DNA of 62,942 nucleotides, the filler included, from Octopus bimaculoides (Eukaryota): assembly GCF_001194135.2 (NCBI RefSeq). It is 6 parts of 6 records of this genome, joined end to end, with 100 filler letters (N's around TTAATTAATTAA, not from the genome) between each part and the next. Parts side by side here need not be neighbours in the genome. Positions count along the whole stretch, not along the records: positions 19,632 to 49,098 come from NC_068987.1; 5 more parts are not named here. One strand, given 5' to 3'. The notes under the pieces are model-generated. The model saw only the letters and a program-made list of their open reading frames with translations. It searched no databases and was not told where the DNA came from. Shown here piece by piece: positions 23,590-38,700 of the stretch. Each line of letters opens with the position of its first letter. Position 1 is the stretch's first letter. The position numbers and the translations under genes were made by a program.

Positions 23590-24400
23590 TTTCTTTGAAA
23601 ATTGTCTTGCGATGTCCTGCGCTGACACTAAATGAATACAAAAAACGCCACGTTAGTGTACGACAGCATTTACACTGGAAAATTTGTAAACACAAGAAAA
23701 TCGGCATTCCTGTTTACTGGTATGAATATCATCCTGAGCCAGTCGTTGAAGGTAAAAATGTTACTATCCTCTGGGATTTTCCAGTCAACACTAACAGAAC
23801 GATCCAGGCTAATCGACCAAACATAATTATTAAGGACAGGGAAGAAAAATACTCGTAGACTAATAGAAATATATCTGTCAAGGAATTTGACAAATTTAGT
23901 AAATATAAGGACCTGGAAATTGAAATAGAAAAGATGTGGCATCTTAAAACGAGAACAGTTTCTGCCCTAGGTATGATAAAAAAGGGATGTCAGAAACATC
24001 TAGATAATATCCCAGGAGAACCATGTCTCAGAGTAACACAAATGATCGTACTGACAAAAACTGCCCACATCCTCAGAAAAACCCTATCTATTTAAATGTC
24101 TGTGTTGTATTTACCTGAAGATATTTCACTACTTCCACTCCCCAAGCTTTCAGTCATGCTGTAACATATCTTATCCTTCACTCGCCCCAGGGCACTGGGA
24201 GTGTCTAGGTAAGTGACTAAGGTGATACTTGTTTACTCGTCATGCTTCGAGAACCATGCGAAGAAATTTTGCAGTTCCAAGCAAGGCTGATTTTTGTAGG
24301 TGTTCTACCTTCACACTTGCTCCGATCTTTTTCAGCCATGTTGGTAGTTGAGTGCCGATACTTCCAACTGCACCAATTTCGCCTGGCGTGACCAAAGTAA
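23590..24400 (+). mobile_element. 5'-truncated R4/Dong-clade non-LTR retrotransposon: zinc-knuckle end, restriction-like endonuclease and 3' UTR
   Basis: 23601-24095 translates to IVLRCPALTLNEYKKRH..HLHWKICK..WYEYHPEPVVEGKNVTILWDFPVNTNRTIQANRPNIIIKD..KEFDKFSKYKDLEIEIEKMWHLKT..LGMIKKG..TAHILRKTLSI*. This is the typical R4/Dong RLE domain, with RPD changed to RPN, one stop and deletions. It begins directly after (AAT)n. Confidence 0.9.
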
Positions 24401-25288
24401 AATATTATTAATCTCAAGCATGACATTGAATACTCCTTTTCCGACAGTTCACACTAAACATATATATACATATACATATATACATATATACATATATATA
24501 CATGCATGCATACATACATATACACATGCATACAGAGAGACACACACCCACACCTGCACACACACAGATTCAATTATATTAGTTGGACATTAGATCCGGA
24601 TGCTGAGCATCGGTAAAAGCCAAAGAGAAATATTTGAAACGCTAAAATATATTTAATACTGACATACGCATGCGCACCAAAAACCCTTTTGCTGTAGAAT
24701 GGAAGCCATAGGAAAATATTTTGTAGTGGAATATCTTACAAAGAGCATATTTTCATAGCGGATATTTATATGTATTTATAATATATTTATAATATACGAT
24801 ATCTTATCGTGGTGTACTTTTGTTCACATGGTATTCAGCTTCGGTTTTATCATCACGGGATAATAAAAATGTAAATAAATATTGCACAGTGTTATATCAA
24901 TACAGTGCATTATCATATTGCATAATAATACACCCTGTGTGAACAGCATGGCTATTATCATCTGATATATTACTCTAAAACTCCTCCTTGACCACGCCCT
25001 TATGTCACGTCACGAGGTTCTTATAGTTGTTGTTTCGCCAAAGGCAAGACAATTTCTGTTGAATATATATCAGCGTCTACACGCCTATAACTTTACCTGT
25101 ACTTCTTTACGGATGTAAGTGGTTGTATATCGCTATATATATATGTATATGCTTATATGTGTGTTATATATGTGAGCCCATGTGTATAAATATACATTTC
25201 TGCACATGCATCTATATGTATATTGATGTATTCTTCGCATATGTTCGTATATGTATAACAATGTGTATATGCATATCTGTGCAAAGCA

Positions 25289-25320
<32 letters not shown>

Positions 25321-25986
25321 ATGTGTGCATGTATATATGTGTGTATGTATATGTGTCTGTCTGTGCGTGCCTCTGTGTGTGTGTGAGTGTGTGTGTATGT
25401 GGTGTACGTGCAAGAGTGCTAAATATCGATACCAAATTATATAAAAAAAACAAAGCCTAAACGTTTAGTAATCTTGAAGTCCTTTTAACGTTTCTGAAAC
25501 AAGTCATTCATCATATTTTTTCACTTTATTACAAACGCTCACGTATGTATTCTAATTGCTGTTGGGTAGACTCGTTTGTGCGTTTTGAATTTTCTGACCC
25601 CTGGGTCGCAGCCTTCAGATATTTCAACCAGACTTTTTGCTTCGCCTTTCATTTGATATACATACATACATACAAGACAAAAGACCGAGAGAGAGAGAGA
25701 GAGAGAGAGGGGGGGGAGAGGGAGAAAGAGAGAGGTAGAGAGGGAGGAGAGATAGAGAAAAAGTTGGGAAATGTAAGGTCACAATAACCAGATCTGATCT
25801 GACTACTTTCCCATGCAGCCTCTGCAGTCGTATTTGTTTGTCTCGAATCGGACATATTCAGACATCAGCATGCCTGCAACGGATGTCGCCTTTCCCCGCT
25901 GTAAATCTACTCACGAAGCCTATATGTATATATATGTATGTGTGTGTGTATATATATATATTTACATATGTATATATATATGTGTA

Positions 25987-26039
<53 letters not shown>

Positions 26040-26234
26040 CTGTGTGTGTGCATTTGATACTTCTGATATTTGATGTTTTATAATGGGTCATACTGTGGCA
26101 TTGATGCTCCACCAAAAACCATATCTAGAGTAACTAGCATGTAATCAAATGAATTTCGTCATATTGGATTCCGATGATCGGTAGCAAGAAATTTTGATAT
26201 GTTAACATGTGTTCCAACTGTAATAATTATTTAT

Positions 26235-26269
<35 letters not shown>

Positions 26270-28269
26270 GACACAAGTTTTTGCTTGTATAGCTTATGTG
26301 CTGTAAGCATTAATTAAGGGCGTTTCAGTGGTGGATGAGTGTGGGACTGAAGAGCGGAAATAGCTGCGAAATATCTGTCACTGTCTTTCACTCCGGTGCG
26401 ATTTCGTTTCGTGTACATTTGAGGTATTCTGTGTTTTTAAACACAATCCATCTTTAAAGGGGTCTCACCTGGACGGATTACCGCAGGTTGACACCGTTTA
26501 ACAACGCATATATATATNNNNNNNNNNNNNNNNNNNNNNNNNNNNNNNNNNNNNNNNNNNNNNNNNNNNNNNNNNNNNNNNNNNNNNNNNNNNNNNNNNN
26601 NNNNNNNNNNNNNNNNNNNNNNNNNNNNNNNNNNNNTATATATATATATAATATATATGTGTGTGCGTGTGCGTGTGCGTGTGTGTGTACCACATACATT
26701 TCACCCTTTAAATAGCGTAGCTTCTTGGCCATAGTTCCAACAAGTGGCGATGATAGGATATGCTAGATTCGAAACCGTTATCATTCGACAGATTGTATAC
26801 ATATGTCACCTTATTGTCCAGGTCAATAAACTTCAATACTATTGATTACTCGAATTCTTCATCTTCTTACACCGATACTAACTTATTCATTTCTTCTACA
26901 CTTATTATCTTCGATCGTATATCTTCAAGAAGCTTCCAGTCCATATCACACTCGCTCTCATTTCTGCATTTATCTTACTCCATTGCTATTCTCTGACAAT
27001 CGATATAGGTATCAGTATATCTTTATAAAATATTCCATCTGATAATGTACACATTCTAACGGGGTATACTCTACTTACTGTCGTCGTTGTTTTACTACTG
27101 TCATGGTTTATCCCCCGTGTAATCCCTGATGCATGAGAGGGTATAAAATGGGTATCCCAGCTTGATCATACCATCAATTTTAGGATATGTAGATCTACAT
27201 TATATCACACGTTCTGTCCAAATGTAAGACAGAAGGATATGATTTGAGGAAACCCTCGCTGCTATTTCTAGCTGATGATAAACGCTGTATAATGTTATTC
27301 CGAAAGGTTCTACTTTAGTGTGGTATTATCAACTGTCCCATTTCATGTGGCATTAATAGCTGCCCCAATTTAATTTAGTAGTAGTAGTAGTCTCGACGTA
27401 AACTACGCGAACCAATAACATGTTGGTTGGAGTTATATTTGGAAGCCAATGAGATTGATTATCTGGGAAGAGTATGCCCTCATCAGGATTGACTTATATT
27501 TGAATGAAATAGTTTCTGTCAGAGAGAAAGTTGGAAGACGGTTTGATACTTGGCCATGGAGATTCAATGAAGAACATCATAAGCGAATCAACTATATACA
27601 GTTCTAGGTTGAGGGGAAGGGTTAGGAAAAAAACTTTTCAGTCAGTGGTATTGTGTATGTCGTCACAGATATTAGTAATGGCATTGATGGATACACATAT
27701 ACGTATATACATATATACATACATAGAAACACGCATATGTAAGTGTGTTTATCTATATATGGCTATGTAGTATGTTTGAACTCACCTTATATCTTTACAG
27801 AAGACATTTTTTCACAAAAACAGTTTAAAAAGAAAGGAAATTAAGGTTATTGGTCAAAGAATTGGGTAAATGTTTTGTGGTTGGAAGAAGGGAGAGGATG
27901 ATACAGTAAGGCTCGAACGAGAGAGAGAGAGAGAGTGAGAGAGAGGAGTAAAGAGGGAGAGCGGGAGAGCGGGAGAGAGAGAGAGAGATTAAGTATCAAA
28001 GATAATCTTACCAACTCTTTGAGCAATAACCATTGTTTCCTTCCTATTTAAACATCTCTGTTGTACGGGTTTTCGGTGAGTTTATTGTTTATTGTTTATT
28101 CTCTGGTTGAATAAAACTTTAAAGGCGAAACTTCAGATCACAATCGAATTAATATTTTCAATAAATTCTACTCTATTAAATGTATAAACTCCCTCCATCA
28201 GCAAATGTTTTATTGTAATTCAATAAGTTAATCAACAATACCAAATAATACATTTGTGCGTGTGTATGT

Positions 28270-28371
<102 letters not shown>

Positions 28372-29657
28372 AAAGAGAAAGAAAATGGTCACTTCAGAGC
28401 CACTCATGTCTAAGCAGAAGATTGAGCGACTAGGTGACTTTGAACATGTCTCTAACTTTGAAACGTTCCTTTGAGAGAATGGTTCGCCCTTGAAATGTTC
28501 CTCTGTAGCAGACGGAAGAAATAGCAAGAACTAATTGAATCATTATTTATTTGGCGCAACTGATGCCATGGATGTTTCAACATATTCCCGACAGTTTATT
28601 AGATTTAATATGAACAAACAATCCCCATTTGATTTAGTAATCATTAGTTTTAAAGAAGGCTTCACGAGAAAGTAGCAGAGCACATTCAGTGGCGTTGAGA
28701 TTCTATAAACGCTAAAATATTCTTAATGACATGAATATTGTTAATAAAGATCAAATAAATTCTTTCCCTCCTCTCTCTCCCTGTATGCATGTGCGCGCGC
28801 GCGTACGTATGAATGCGCGCGTGTACAATTACAAGATTGTTTATTGCAGTAGTAGTACAGCGATAGTGAAGGGTGGTTAAGAGAAACGGGATAATCAACC
28901 AAGAGCTAAAAGTTCAGTGGTTCGTTTCCCAGTCATCGGTTCTGTCTTTACAGTCGCGGTAAGTACACTTCAATCACTTGTATTTATAATGGTTTAATCA
29001 CAGAAGGAAGAACAACCGTTGTTACCATACGCAAGTCTTCAGAAACATAAGGACATAAAAGCGAGACCTATTCCCACATGGGACACTTGACACAATCTTT
29101 TCAATCGGGCGTTTTTTGCTAAAGACACTCAAGAATCCTTTTTTCTATATGCATACATACATACATACATACATACATACAGACAGACATGCTAACTCAT
29201 GTGTATGTCTCTGTGTGTAATTTCCAACACCAGACAACCTCATGGCTAAAGATCTTCACAATTGTTCAAGCGTGCCACATGGATGTGTTGGTGCTTGTCT
29301 CCATTTTGGATGAGCATGCACAAATTTATCAGACAGAACGGGATAACGAGCGTTCTCGCATGTGATACTTAAGGAACTAATCAATCTATGGTGAGTGCAA
29401 TTTCTAACAAAATCCCAAGGGAGATAACAAGATATCTTTATAAGTTACCTCCTGTGATTTGTGTATTTATTCCGAAATCACGTTCAGTCTTGTGTATAAT
29501 GGAGTATTCCCATCCAAAATGGAGATAAATATCACGATTTCGAAGTGGCTCGCTTGAACAACTCTGAATATCTCTTCACATAAAATAATTGGTTGTCATG
29601 TAATCTCACAAATAATGTATGTATGTGAATACATGCATACGTACGTACATACATAAA

Positions 29658-29715
<58 letters not shown>

Positions 29716-29721
29716 TTCTCA

Positions 29722-30087
29722 AGTTTCACAGGTCCCACTCCCGAACTATACGGTCGTAATATTGACTACTGTATCGGTGCGACCTCACTCTCCCGCGAAC
29801 ATCTAGACTCCTTCCTCTCTTTTGTCAAATCTTTCCATCCTGCCCTCCACTTCTCCTGCACTATCTCTGCCACCTCTCTCTCCTTTCTACACATTTCGGT
29901 CAGCATTAATCACTCCACTCTCACCACCTCCATCTTCTACAAACACACAGACTCACACACATGCCTCAACTTCTTCTCCTCCCACCCTAAACACACCAAG
30001 CTTTCAATCCTCTGCCCTTGTCCATACACCGGGCAAACGGGATGCCGCTAGGCTGACCGGTTCGCGGAACACCTCCGAGATATCCGA
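29722..30087 (+). mobile_element. Penelope-like element remnant: RT C-terminus joined to a GIY-YIG fragment
   Basis: GPTPELYGRNIDYCIGATSLSREHLDSFLSFVKSFHPALHFSCTIS..SFLHISVSI..TSIFYKHTDSHTCLNFFSSHP (decayed RYIDD and FHP..F..T..YKPTD..SSHP motifs), then YTGQTGCR*ADRFAEHLRDI (YIGETGR.L..RF.EH motif). Confidence 0.85.
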
Positions 30088-30172
30088 CCTTGGCGGAATT
30101 TGAACTCAGAACGTAAAGACAGACGAAATACCGCTAAGCATTTCACCCGGCGTGCCTGATCGCCGCCTTATG
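30085..30172 (-). mobile_element. SINE family A 5' fragment truncating the Penelope remnant
   Basis: CGACCTTGGCGGAATTTGAACTCAGAACGTAAAGACAGACGAAATACCGCTAAGC is the reverse complement of the family A head. Confidence 0.85.
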
Positions 30173-31654
30173 ACGCGACACAATAATAGAAAGCACTTTC
30201 TTTGCATGAATTAAATATAGTCCCTATTGGATTGCTAGAGAAACACGACGAACTCTTCTTGTTGACATTCATACATGTATTACTGGAAACTGCGTTTCAA
30301 AGAATGTCATTGGTAATTGGCTACTCAGAATCACTGGTGGCTAAGGACTCACTCATCAACTTGCTGCTCAGACGATGACCTTACAATACTTTTTGGCCCG
30401 TTTTATCATCTAGTGATACTCACAGCTTCATGCCATCCTTACAAACTAAATTCCCTGCTCTACTTCTACCCGTTGCTTTGCTTCTACCCTTTTGACATCG
30501 AATTCTGCCCAATTTATATCTTCAAATGTTATTATCTTCAAAATCGGTTCAATATCGCCTACTCATTTCTATTTTTTTTTTAAAATTTCAATTCGTTGTG
30601 AGGTCATATTTGCTTTTGTTCGTTTCAGGAACGATATATAAAGCATTTCTGATGAATGGTCAATGGGAAGAACTATTAGAAATAGTCTAATTTCCAATAC
30701 TTTATCATTTCTGATGGAAATGCATTGCAGTTTGTTATACAACATTTAGCATTTCCAGTTCAAATTCTGTCTCCTATTACCGGGATGACCAGCCTTAAAT
30801 GACCACCTGTCGGAGGAGATGATAGGTTTATTGGTACAATATCTCGGTCGCGGTAATATGCATGTGAAGAGAAGCCTGCACTGAAAGAGGTGGGCATCAA
30901 GAGACAATAAGAGTCTCGTATTGAATGAAACTAAAAGACAAGGGTAGAGAAGTGCTCTGTAAAGAATGTCCCCCACGAGATATAGGTGCTGTTCCTTTCT
31001 CTGACCATAAGAAATATATTACTGAAGGTAGCAGTCATATACTAGGATCAATCACATCGGCTGCTGCTTCTCAGCAAAACGTGGAATTTTACCAAAATAA
31101 GAAAGTATTACGTTAAGCATTCAAACTTTTGGTCATTGAATGTATAGTATAGAGCTGTGAAAACCTCGCCGAATACTGGAGTTGGTGCTTACTCTGTGAA
31201 GGGTGACGAGGATACGTAAAGCTGAAATCCTGAAGACCTCTTACCTGTGAATAAAATACAGATTACAACGAGAAGCAGACACCTGTTTAATATATTTCAT
31301 GTCGATGCTTAATTCACAACAGCACTACAGGACAAAGTCGAACAACATATTTATTAAATATGAATAACGTTTATTAACGGATGCAATATTGCAATACAGA
31401 ACCACATTCTATCGAGTTCTTTCTTTCTTTTTCTCTCTCTCGTTCTCTCTCTTTCCTTCTAAATTTATATGTATGTGTACATGTATATATATATATATAT
31501 ATATATGCATANNNNNNNNNNNNNNNNNNNNNNNNNNNNNNNNNNNNNNNNNNNNNNNNNNNNNNNNNNNNNNNNNNNNNNNNNNNNNNNNNNNNNNNNN
31601 NNNNNNNNNNNNNNNNNNNNNNNNNNNNNNNNNNNNNNNNNNNNNNNNNNNNNN

Positions 31655-31691
<37 letters not shown>

Positions 31692-32399
31692 TATACATGT
31701 ATATACACACATATACTTACAGGCAGTTATATAATCAATGTTATATTTAAGTCAATGAATAATTCACATTACACGCACACACACACAAACACATACATAT
31801 ATACTTACATATGTATGCATATTTATATATATGTATATGTGCATGTATGTTTATGTATGTATGTATGTATGTGTGCATGTGTGTGTGTGTGTGTGTGTGT
31901 GTGTATTGTTGATGCCATAACAATTCATAACCTTTCGAGATTTTGTGGAACAATTCATTCTTACAATAGGTTCTCTATAAATAATCCCATGCAGATATTG
32001 AACAGCCTCCAACTTTTTCTGTCGAAAAGGGTTTTTAATTCCAATATTTCCATGCTATTATCTATAGCTTTATACGTACACCAAGAACCAATCCCATGTA
32101 AAACTTATACTTACTTACTTGTATATATGGAAGTAGAAACAGCGAAACGACAGGTGTAAAGAATATACTTATATGAAAAGTTGCGTATACAATTTGCATA
32201 ATGTAATAAGATATCTTTACAGCTGTTTCGCATGATCGATGACTTCAAGATATAATAATGAATATTATGCAATAATTACGTCATTCTGATGACCACACTT
32301 TCTCGCAAACTCTATATCATTTTATGCTACAAGCCCATGTGAAAGTCTTGAATAGACCTAAGAAAACCACAAAACAATATAATCCACCATAAATCCGCG

Positions 32400-35300
32400 G
32401 AACACGACAGTTTTGTAGAATGCCAAAGAATAGTAAAACGCCCTTGTTCGTAGGTTCCAACAGAAACTGTAGCCATGAAAGTCGACGAATAAACTTGCTT
32501 TTATAAATAAAAATTGTATGTGGAGTGGAGTCGCATCAGTTGAATACAATTGTTTTTGGAGATTCCAACTTTACCAATCGTCACAATTGCAGCGAAATGA
32601 GATGATTTTTAGTGTCCAACTGTCGTCACAAAAGCAGCAGAATAGAATTCATTTTGTACATTCAATCAGTAAATATATTCAAAAATACAGCTGAATATAA
32701 TTGCCTTTTTAGAGTTCGATTTAAACTGTATACGCGAAATCAGAAGCATAGAATTATTTCGTAGATTCCAAGAGTAACTCGAGTTGTAAAGGCAACAGAA
32801 TGCAAGTGTTGTTTGTGGATTGCAAACGTATCTGTAGCAACAAATACAGAAAAATACAAATAGTTTTGTAGATTGAAACCATAGCTGCAAAAGGCACAGA
32901 ACACAATGTTTTCGTAGTTTACAATTATAAATGCAACAGAATAAAGTTGTTTGTAAAATGCCACCGTAATCAGAAAAGCAGCCGACTAAGAATGCTTTAG
33001 CAGATTCCCAATGTTGCGCGGTTTAGAAAAGCAGAAAAATACAAATCGTTTTTCAGATTTAAACCACAACTGAAGATGCAAACGCAGCAGAGTCCATTTG
33101 TCTTTGTAGACTGTAACTATAGCAACAATAGTAGTCGATTACAAATAATTTTGGACATTCTAAAGAAAATATATTCAGAAATGTGGAACAATGCAATTGT
33201 CATTGCACATTCAAATGTGCAGTAAAAAGATTTCCAATACAATTGTTATTGTAGATTCCAACTGTGACAGGAATCAAAAATTCAGCAAAAAAGAATTGTT
33301 TTGTAGACTCCAGTTGTAGTCACAAAAATGGGAGAAGAGTAGTATTTTGTAAATTTTAGTTGTAGCAAAAAAAAAAAAAACCCAGAAAACAAAAAAAACA
33401 GCAAGTTACAATTCTTTTTCTACGTTCTGCGAGGGAATATAGTCACAAGTATAGTAGAAATTAATTCTTTGTGTAAATTACTAGTATAATAATAGTTGCA
33501 AAAGTAGAATGCAATTGTTTTTTATAGTCACCAAATGAAAATATATTCATAAATGTAGCAGTATAGAATCGTTTTTGTTTTTGTATCCGAAATGTAGTCG
33601 CAACAGCAGAGGAAAACAATTGTTTCCGTAGATACAAATGAAAATGCAGACACAAAAGTAGAAAATACAATCCTTTTTGTAGATTCCAAATGCAAAAGCA
33701 TTCATAAATGAGTGCAATGAAATGTTCTTGTAAATTCCAAATAGAAATGCATTAAAAAATGATACAATTGTTTTTGTAAATCACAAATGCAAACGTGCCA
33801 TAGAAGTTGTAGAAAATAATTTTTATTAGAAATTCCAAAAATATATTCATTCACAAAACGAGCAGAATACAGTTGTTTTGTAGATTACAAATGTACTCGC
33901 AAAGGCAGAAAAAACAGTTGTTTTAGTAGATACGAAATGTGAATGCATTCACAAATATAGCAGAGTACAATTTATTTTGTAGATTCCAAATGTAATCGCG
34001 AAATCAGAGGAATACACCTGTTTCTGCAAATTACAAATCAAAATGTAGTTACATAATTCGTAGAATACAAAAGTGTTTGTAGAGTCCAAATGTAAAAGTA
34101 TTCGTAAAAGGAATTGAATTGTCTTTGAAGTTTCCATGTAAATTGCATTCATTACAAAGCGGAATAAAATTGTTTTTGTATTTTTCAAATATAAATACAT
34201 TCATAAAAACAGAAGGACAAAATTAATTTTGTATTATCCAAATGAAAATGCATTTAGAGAAGTAGCAGAACACAACTGATTTTGTAAATTTCAAGCATTC
34301 ACATAAGTAGCAGAATACCATCGCGTTTTGTAGTCTCTAGATGCAGTCCCAAATGCCAAAGAATGCAAATGGTCTTGCAGTTTACAAAAATAGTTGCGCA
34401 TTCACGACAGTTATAGAATGCAATTGATTCTGTAGATTCCAGATGTAAATGCATTCACAAATGGAGCAGAATGGAAATACGTTGGCGGTTTTACATATAT
34501 TATCTCAAAAGCAGATGAATACATTTGTTGGGGTATTTTCCAAAGTTAAAAGTGTCCACAAAACTAGTAGAGTAAACTTTATTTGTACATTTCGAATGCA
34601 GTCGCAAAAGTAGAGTAATTGAATTGCTTTTGTGCATTCAAAATTGAAATGCATTCACACAATTAAGAGAATACAATTGCTTTTGTAGATACTAAACGTA
34701 AAGGCATTCACAAATACAGCAGAATACAATTGCTGTAGATTCCAAATATAAATGAATTCAAAAAAGAACGGAATACAATTGGTTTTGTAAGTTCCAAATG
34801 TTAATGCATTCACAAAATTAGCAGAATGCCATTGTTTTTGAAGATTCCAAAACTAATTGCATTTGCAAAAGGTGCACTAGGGCAATTGTTTGTGTCTAAT
34901 CCAAACGTAGATGCTTTCATATATACAACGGAAAAATAATTTTTTGCACATGACAGACCCAAACGCATTCAAAAAATTAACTGAGTACTGTTGTTTTCGG
35001 AGATTCCAACAGCAAATGCATTCATATAACAGTTTTGGAAGATTCCAAATATAGTTACATCCACAGAAGTAGCAAATTTTTATGTAGATTCTAAATAAAA
35101 TGCATTCACAAACGGAGTAGAATACCATTCTTTTAGACTACAGATAGATACATGTTCACGAAAGCAGCAGAATGGAATTGATTTTTTTTTGTAATATTCC
35201 AAACGTAAATGCATTCATAATATTCGGAGAATACAAATATCTGTGTAAATTTCAATATGAATGCTTTCAGGGATGTCGTAGAATAAAACTGTATTTGTAG

Positions 35301-35722
35301 ATTCCAAATAAAAATACGTTTTCAAATGTAGGAGAATACAATTGTTTTGTAGAGACCAAAAGTAAATGTATTCATAGAAGCAGAAGAATACGACCGTTTT
35401 TTGCAGAATCTAAATATAAATGCATTCACAAAAGAAGCGAAATAGACTTGTTTTGCAGGTTCCACAACTTTTCGCAAAAGCAGAGGATTACATTACAATT
35501 GCTTGCGCAGATTTAAAATATAAATATATGGTTACACAGAAGTAGTAGAATATTCCATATATAAATGCATTAGCAAGTGTAGCAGAAAACAATTGTGTTT
35601 GTAGATTCCAAATTAAATGCTTTCACAGTTTTGAATTGTAAATGCATTAGAGATAGGAACTGAATACAATTGTTTTAGCAGATACCGAATGTAGATGCAT
35701 TCACAGAAGTTAAATATATGGA

Positions 35723-35793
<71 letters not shown>

Positions 35794-38700
35794 CATATAT
35801 ATATATATATAAAATAACAATGCATTCAGAGAAACAGTGGTACACAATTGCGTTTGCAGGCGGCAAATGGGAATGCATTCTTAAAAGAAGCAGAATACAA
35901 TTGTATTATATATTTTCCAAATGTAAAAGCATGCATAAACGTAGTAGAGTGTAACAGTTCCCGTAGATTTCGATAGTTAATGCATTCAGAACATAAGTAG
36001 AATATAAGTTTGGTTTTGCAGATTCCAAATCTAAATACATTTAAAAAATGCTAGAATGCAATAGGTTTTGTAGATTCCAAATATACATGAACTCGCAAAT
36101 GTAGCAGAATACAAATGTTTTTTTAGTTTCCAAATAAAAGTATTCATGGATTTTCAGAATACAATTTCACTTAGATTCCGTGTGTAGTGGCAGAAACCAA
36201 ACACATGAAAATACAAATACATTCACAAAAGTAGCAGAATAGAATTATTTGTACAGATTACAAACGTAGTCGCATAAGCGGAAGAATGCTGTTGTTTTTC
36301 TACACTACAAGTATAAAAGCATTCATTAAAGTAACGAAATACACTTGTTTTGCTACACATCAAATGAAAATACATTTGCAAAAGAAGGAGAATACAATTG
36401 TCTTAATAGATTCTAAATCTAAATTCAGACATAAGGATAGCATAATACAATTGTTTTGGTAGATTTGCTACATAAATACATTCACAAAAGGAGAAGTAGA
36501 AGTCATGTTTTTCTAACTTCCAAATGCAGTTACAAAAGCAGGAGATTGGAACTGTTTTAGCAGAAACTAAATCTTAACGCATTCAAACAAATAGCAGGTT
36601 ATTTCTGTTTTTGTAGAGCCAAATGTAAATTCATTCACGAAAGTTGCAGAATAAAATTCTTTGTAGATTACAAATATAAATACATTCACATTATTAACTG
36701 AACAGAATTGTGGTTCTATATTCCTTTGTAAACAATTGCTTTTGTAGATTCCAAATAATGTATACCTCAACGTAAGAGGATAGAATTGTCTTCGTAGATT
36801 CCAATCAGAAATGCGTTCAGAGAAGTTTTCCAAATGTAAAATGTTTTCATAAATGTAGCAGAACAGAATTGTATTCTAGCACCAAATCTAACCGCAAATG
36901 TTGTGGAATAAAATTATTTTCTTGTAGATTTCAAATATAAATGCATTCACAAAAGTAGTAGAAAAATGTTTTTATAAATTCCAAATGTAAATGAAATTGA
37001 TAAATGTAATAGAATAGAACTGGTTTTGTAGCTTCCAAATGTAGTCGCAAAAGCAGAATAATACTTTTCAACTTGAAGATTACAAAAGTTTATTTGCATT
37101 CACAATTCTAGCAGAATAGAATTGTTATTTTTTAGATTCCAAATAAAAATGTCTTAAAGATGCATCAGACTACGTTAGATTTTGTATATTCCAAATATAA
37201 ATCTTTTCATAGAATTAGAGGAAAACAAGTAGCTTTTTAGATTCCAGATATAGATACATTAACAAAAGTAGTAGAATGCATTTGTTTTTGTATTTACCAA
37301 GTGTAAATGCATGAGTAAAAGTAACAGAATACAATCGTTTGTTGTAGATTCCAAACTTAAAATCATTGACAAAATGGGCGGAGTACAACGTTTTTTTGTA
37401 GATTCGAAATAAAAAAACACTGACAAAACGGGTAGGATTCATACGTATTTGTAGATTTCGACTGTAGTTTCAAAAGCAGAATAATAAGTGAGGTTAGTAG
37501 ATTCTAAATGTGTTTGTAAATCCAAATGTAATTGCTTCGTAACTATTGTAGAATACAATTGATTTTATAGATTCCATATTTAAATGCATTCACAAAACTA
37601 CGAGCGTAAATATTTTAGAAAAAATTCGAAATGTTATCGCAAAAGATATCATAATTTCTTTAGTAGATCCCAAACCAAAATGCATTCACAAAAGTAGTTT
37701 AATACATATGCTTTTGAGATTTCAATAATCTCCATTCATAAAAATAGAATACAGTTGGTGTTGCAGGCCCCAATTAGAATGACATTCATAGGATGCAGTT
37801 ATTTCTGTAGATTCCAGATGTGAATGGATTCATAAAAGTAGCAGAATGCACTTGTTCTTGCAGACTCAAAGTGTAAAGAAATTCATGAACGTTGCAGAAT
37901 ACAATTGTTTTTGTAGATACCAAATGTAACTACAAAAAATGAGAAGAATACAATTGTGTTTGTAAGCTCTACAAGCAAAATACATTTGCGAAAGCAGCAC
38001 AATGCTATATTTGCTTTTGTAGTTTCCTCTTGCAAATGTATCACAAACATCCCAGATTGCAATTGCTCTTGTAGATTCCACATATAAATGATCGCAAATG
38101 CAGCAGATTACAATAGTTTTCCTAGATTTCAACTGTAGCTGCGGTAACAAATATTTTGTGCTTTTGGATTTCAAATGCAGCACAATAAACTTGTTTTTGG
38201 AGATAAGAAATATCACCAAATCCATCAATGCAACAGGGTACAATTGCAATAGTAGATTCCCGATGTAACTCAATTTACGAATGTAGCAAAGTATAAATAT
38301 TTTCCCCCCAGATTCCAACTATAATTGCGATGACGATCGTTGCAAACTACGAGAGTTTTTTTTATGAATTCCAAACGTAGATTCCAAATATGAGTTCAGA
38401 AATGTAGCTGTGTACAAATTCTTTTATAGAATCTCACTGTAACTGCAGATATTTATGCTGAAGAATACAGCTGTTTATTTAGATTTCCTGTGTAGTTACA
38501 GCAGAAAACAATTGTTGATGTAGATTCCATAGGTAAATGAGTTCATAAAAGTAGCAGAACACAAATGTTTTTGTAGACTCAAACCTGTAGTCACAGAAGC
38601 CGTAGTAGAACACACTTGTACTTATAGTAGAATAGAATTATTTTCGCAGCTTCCAACTGTATCCGTAGTTTAAAGAAAAGCAGTAGAATGCAATTGTTTT

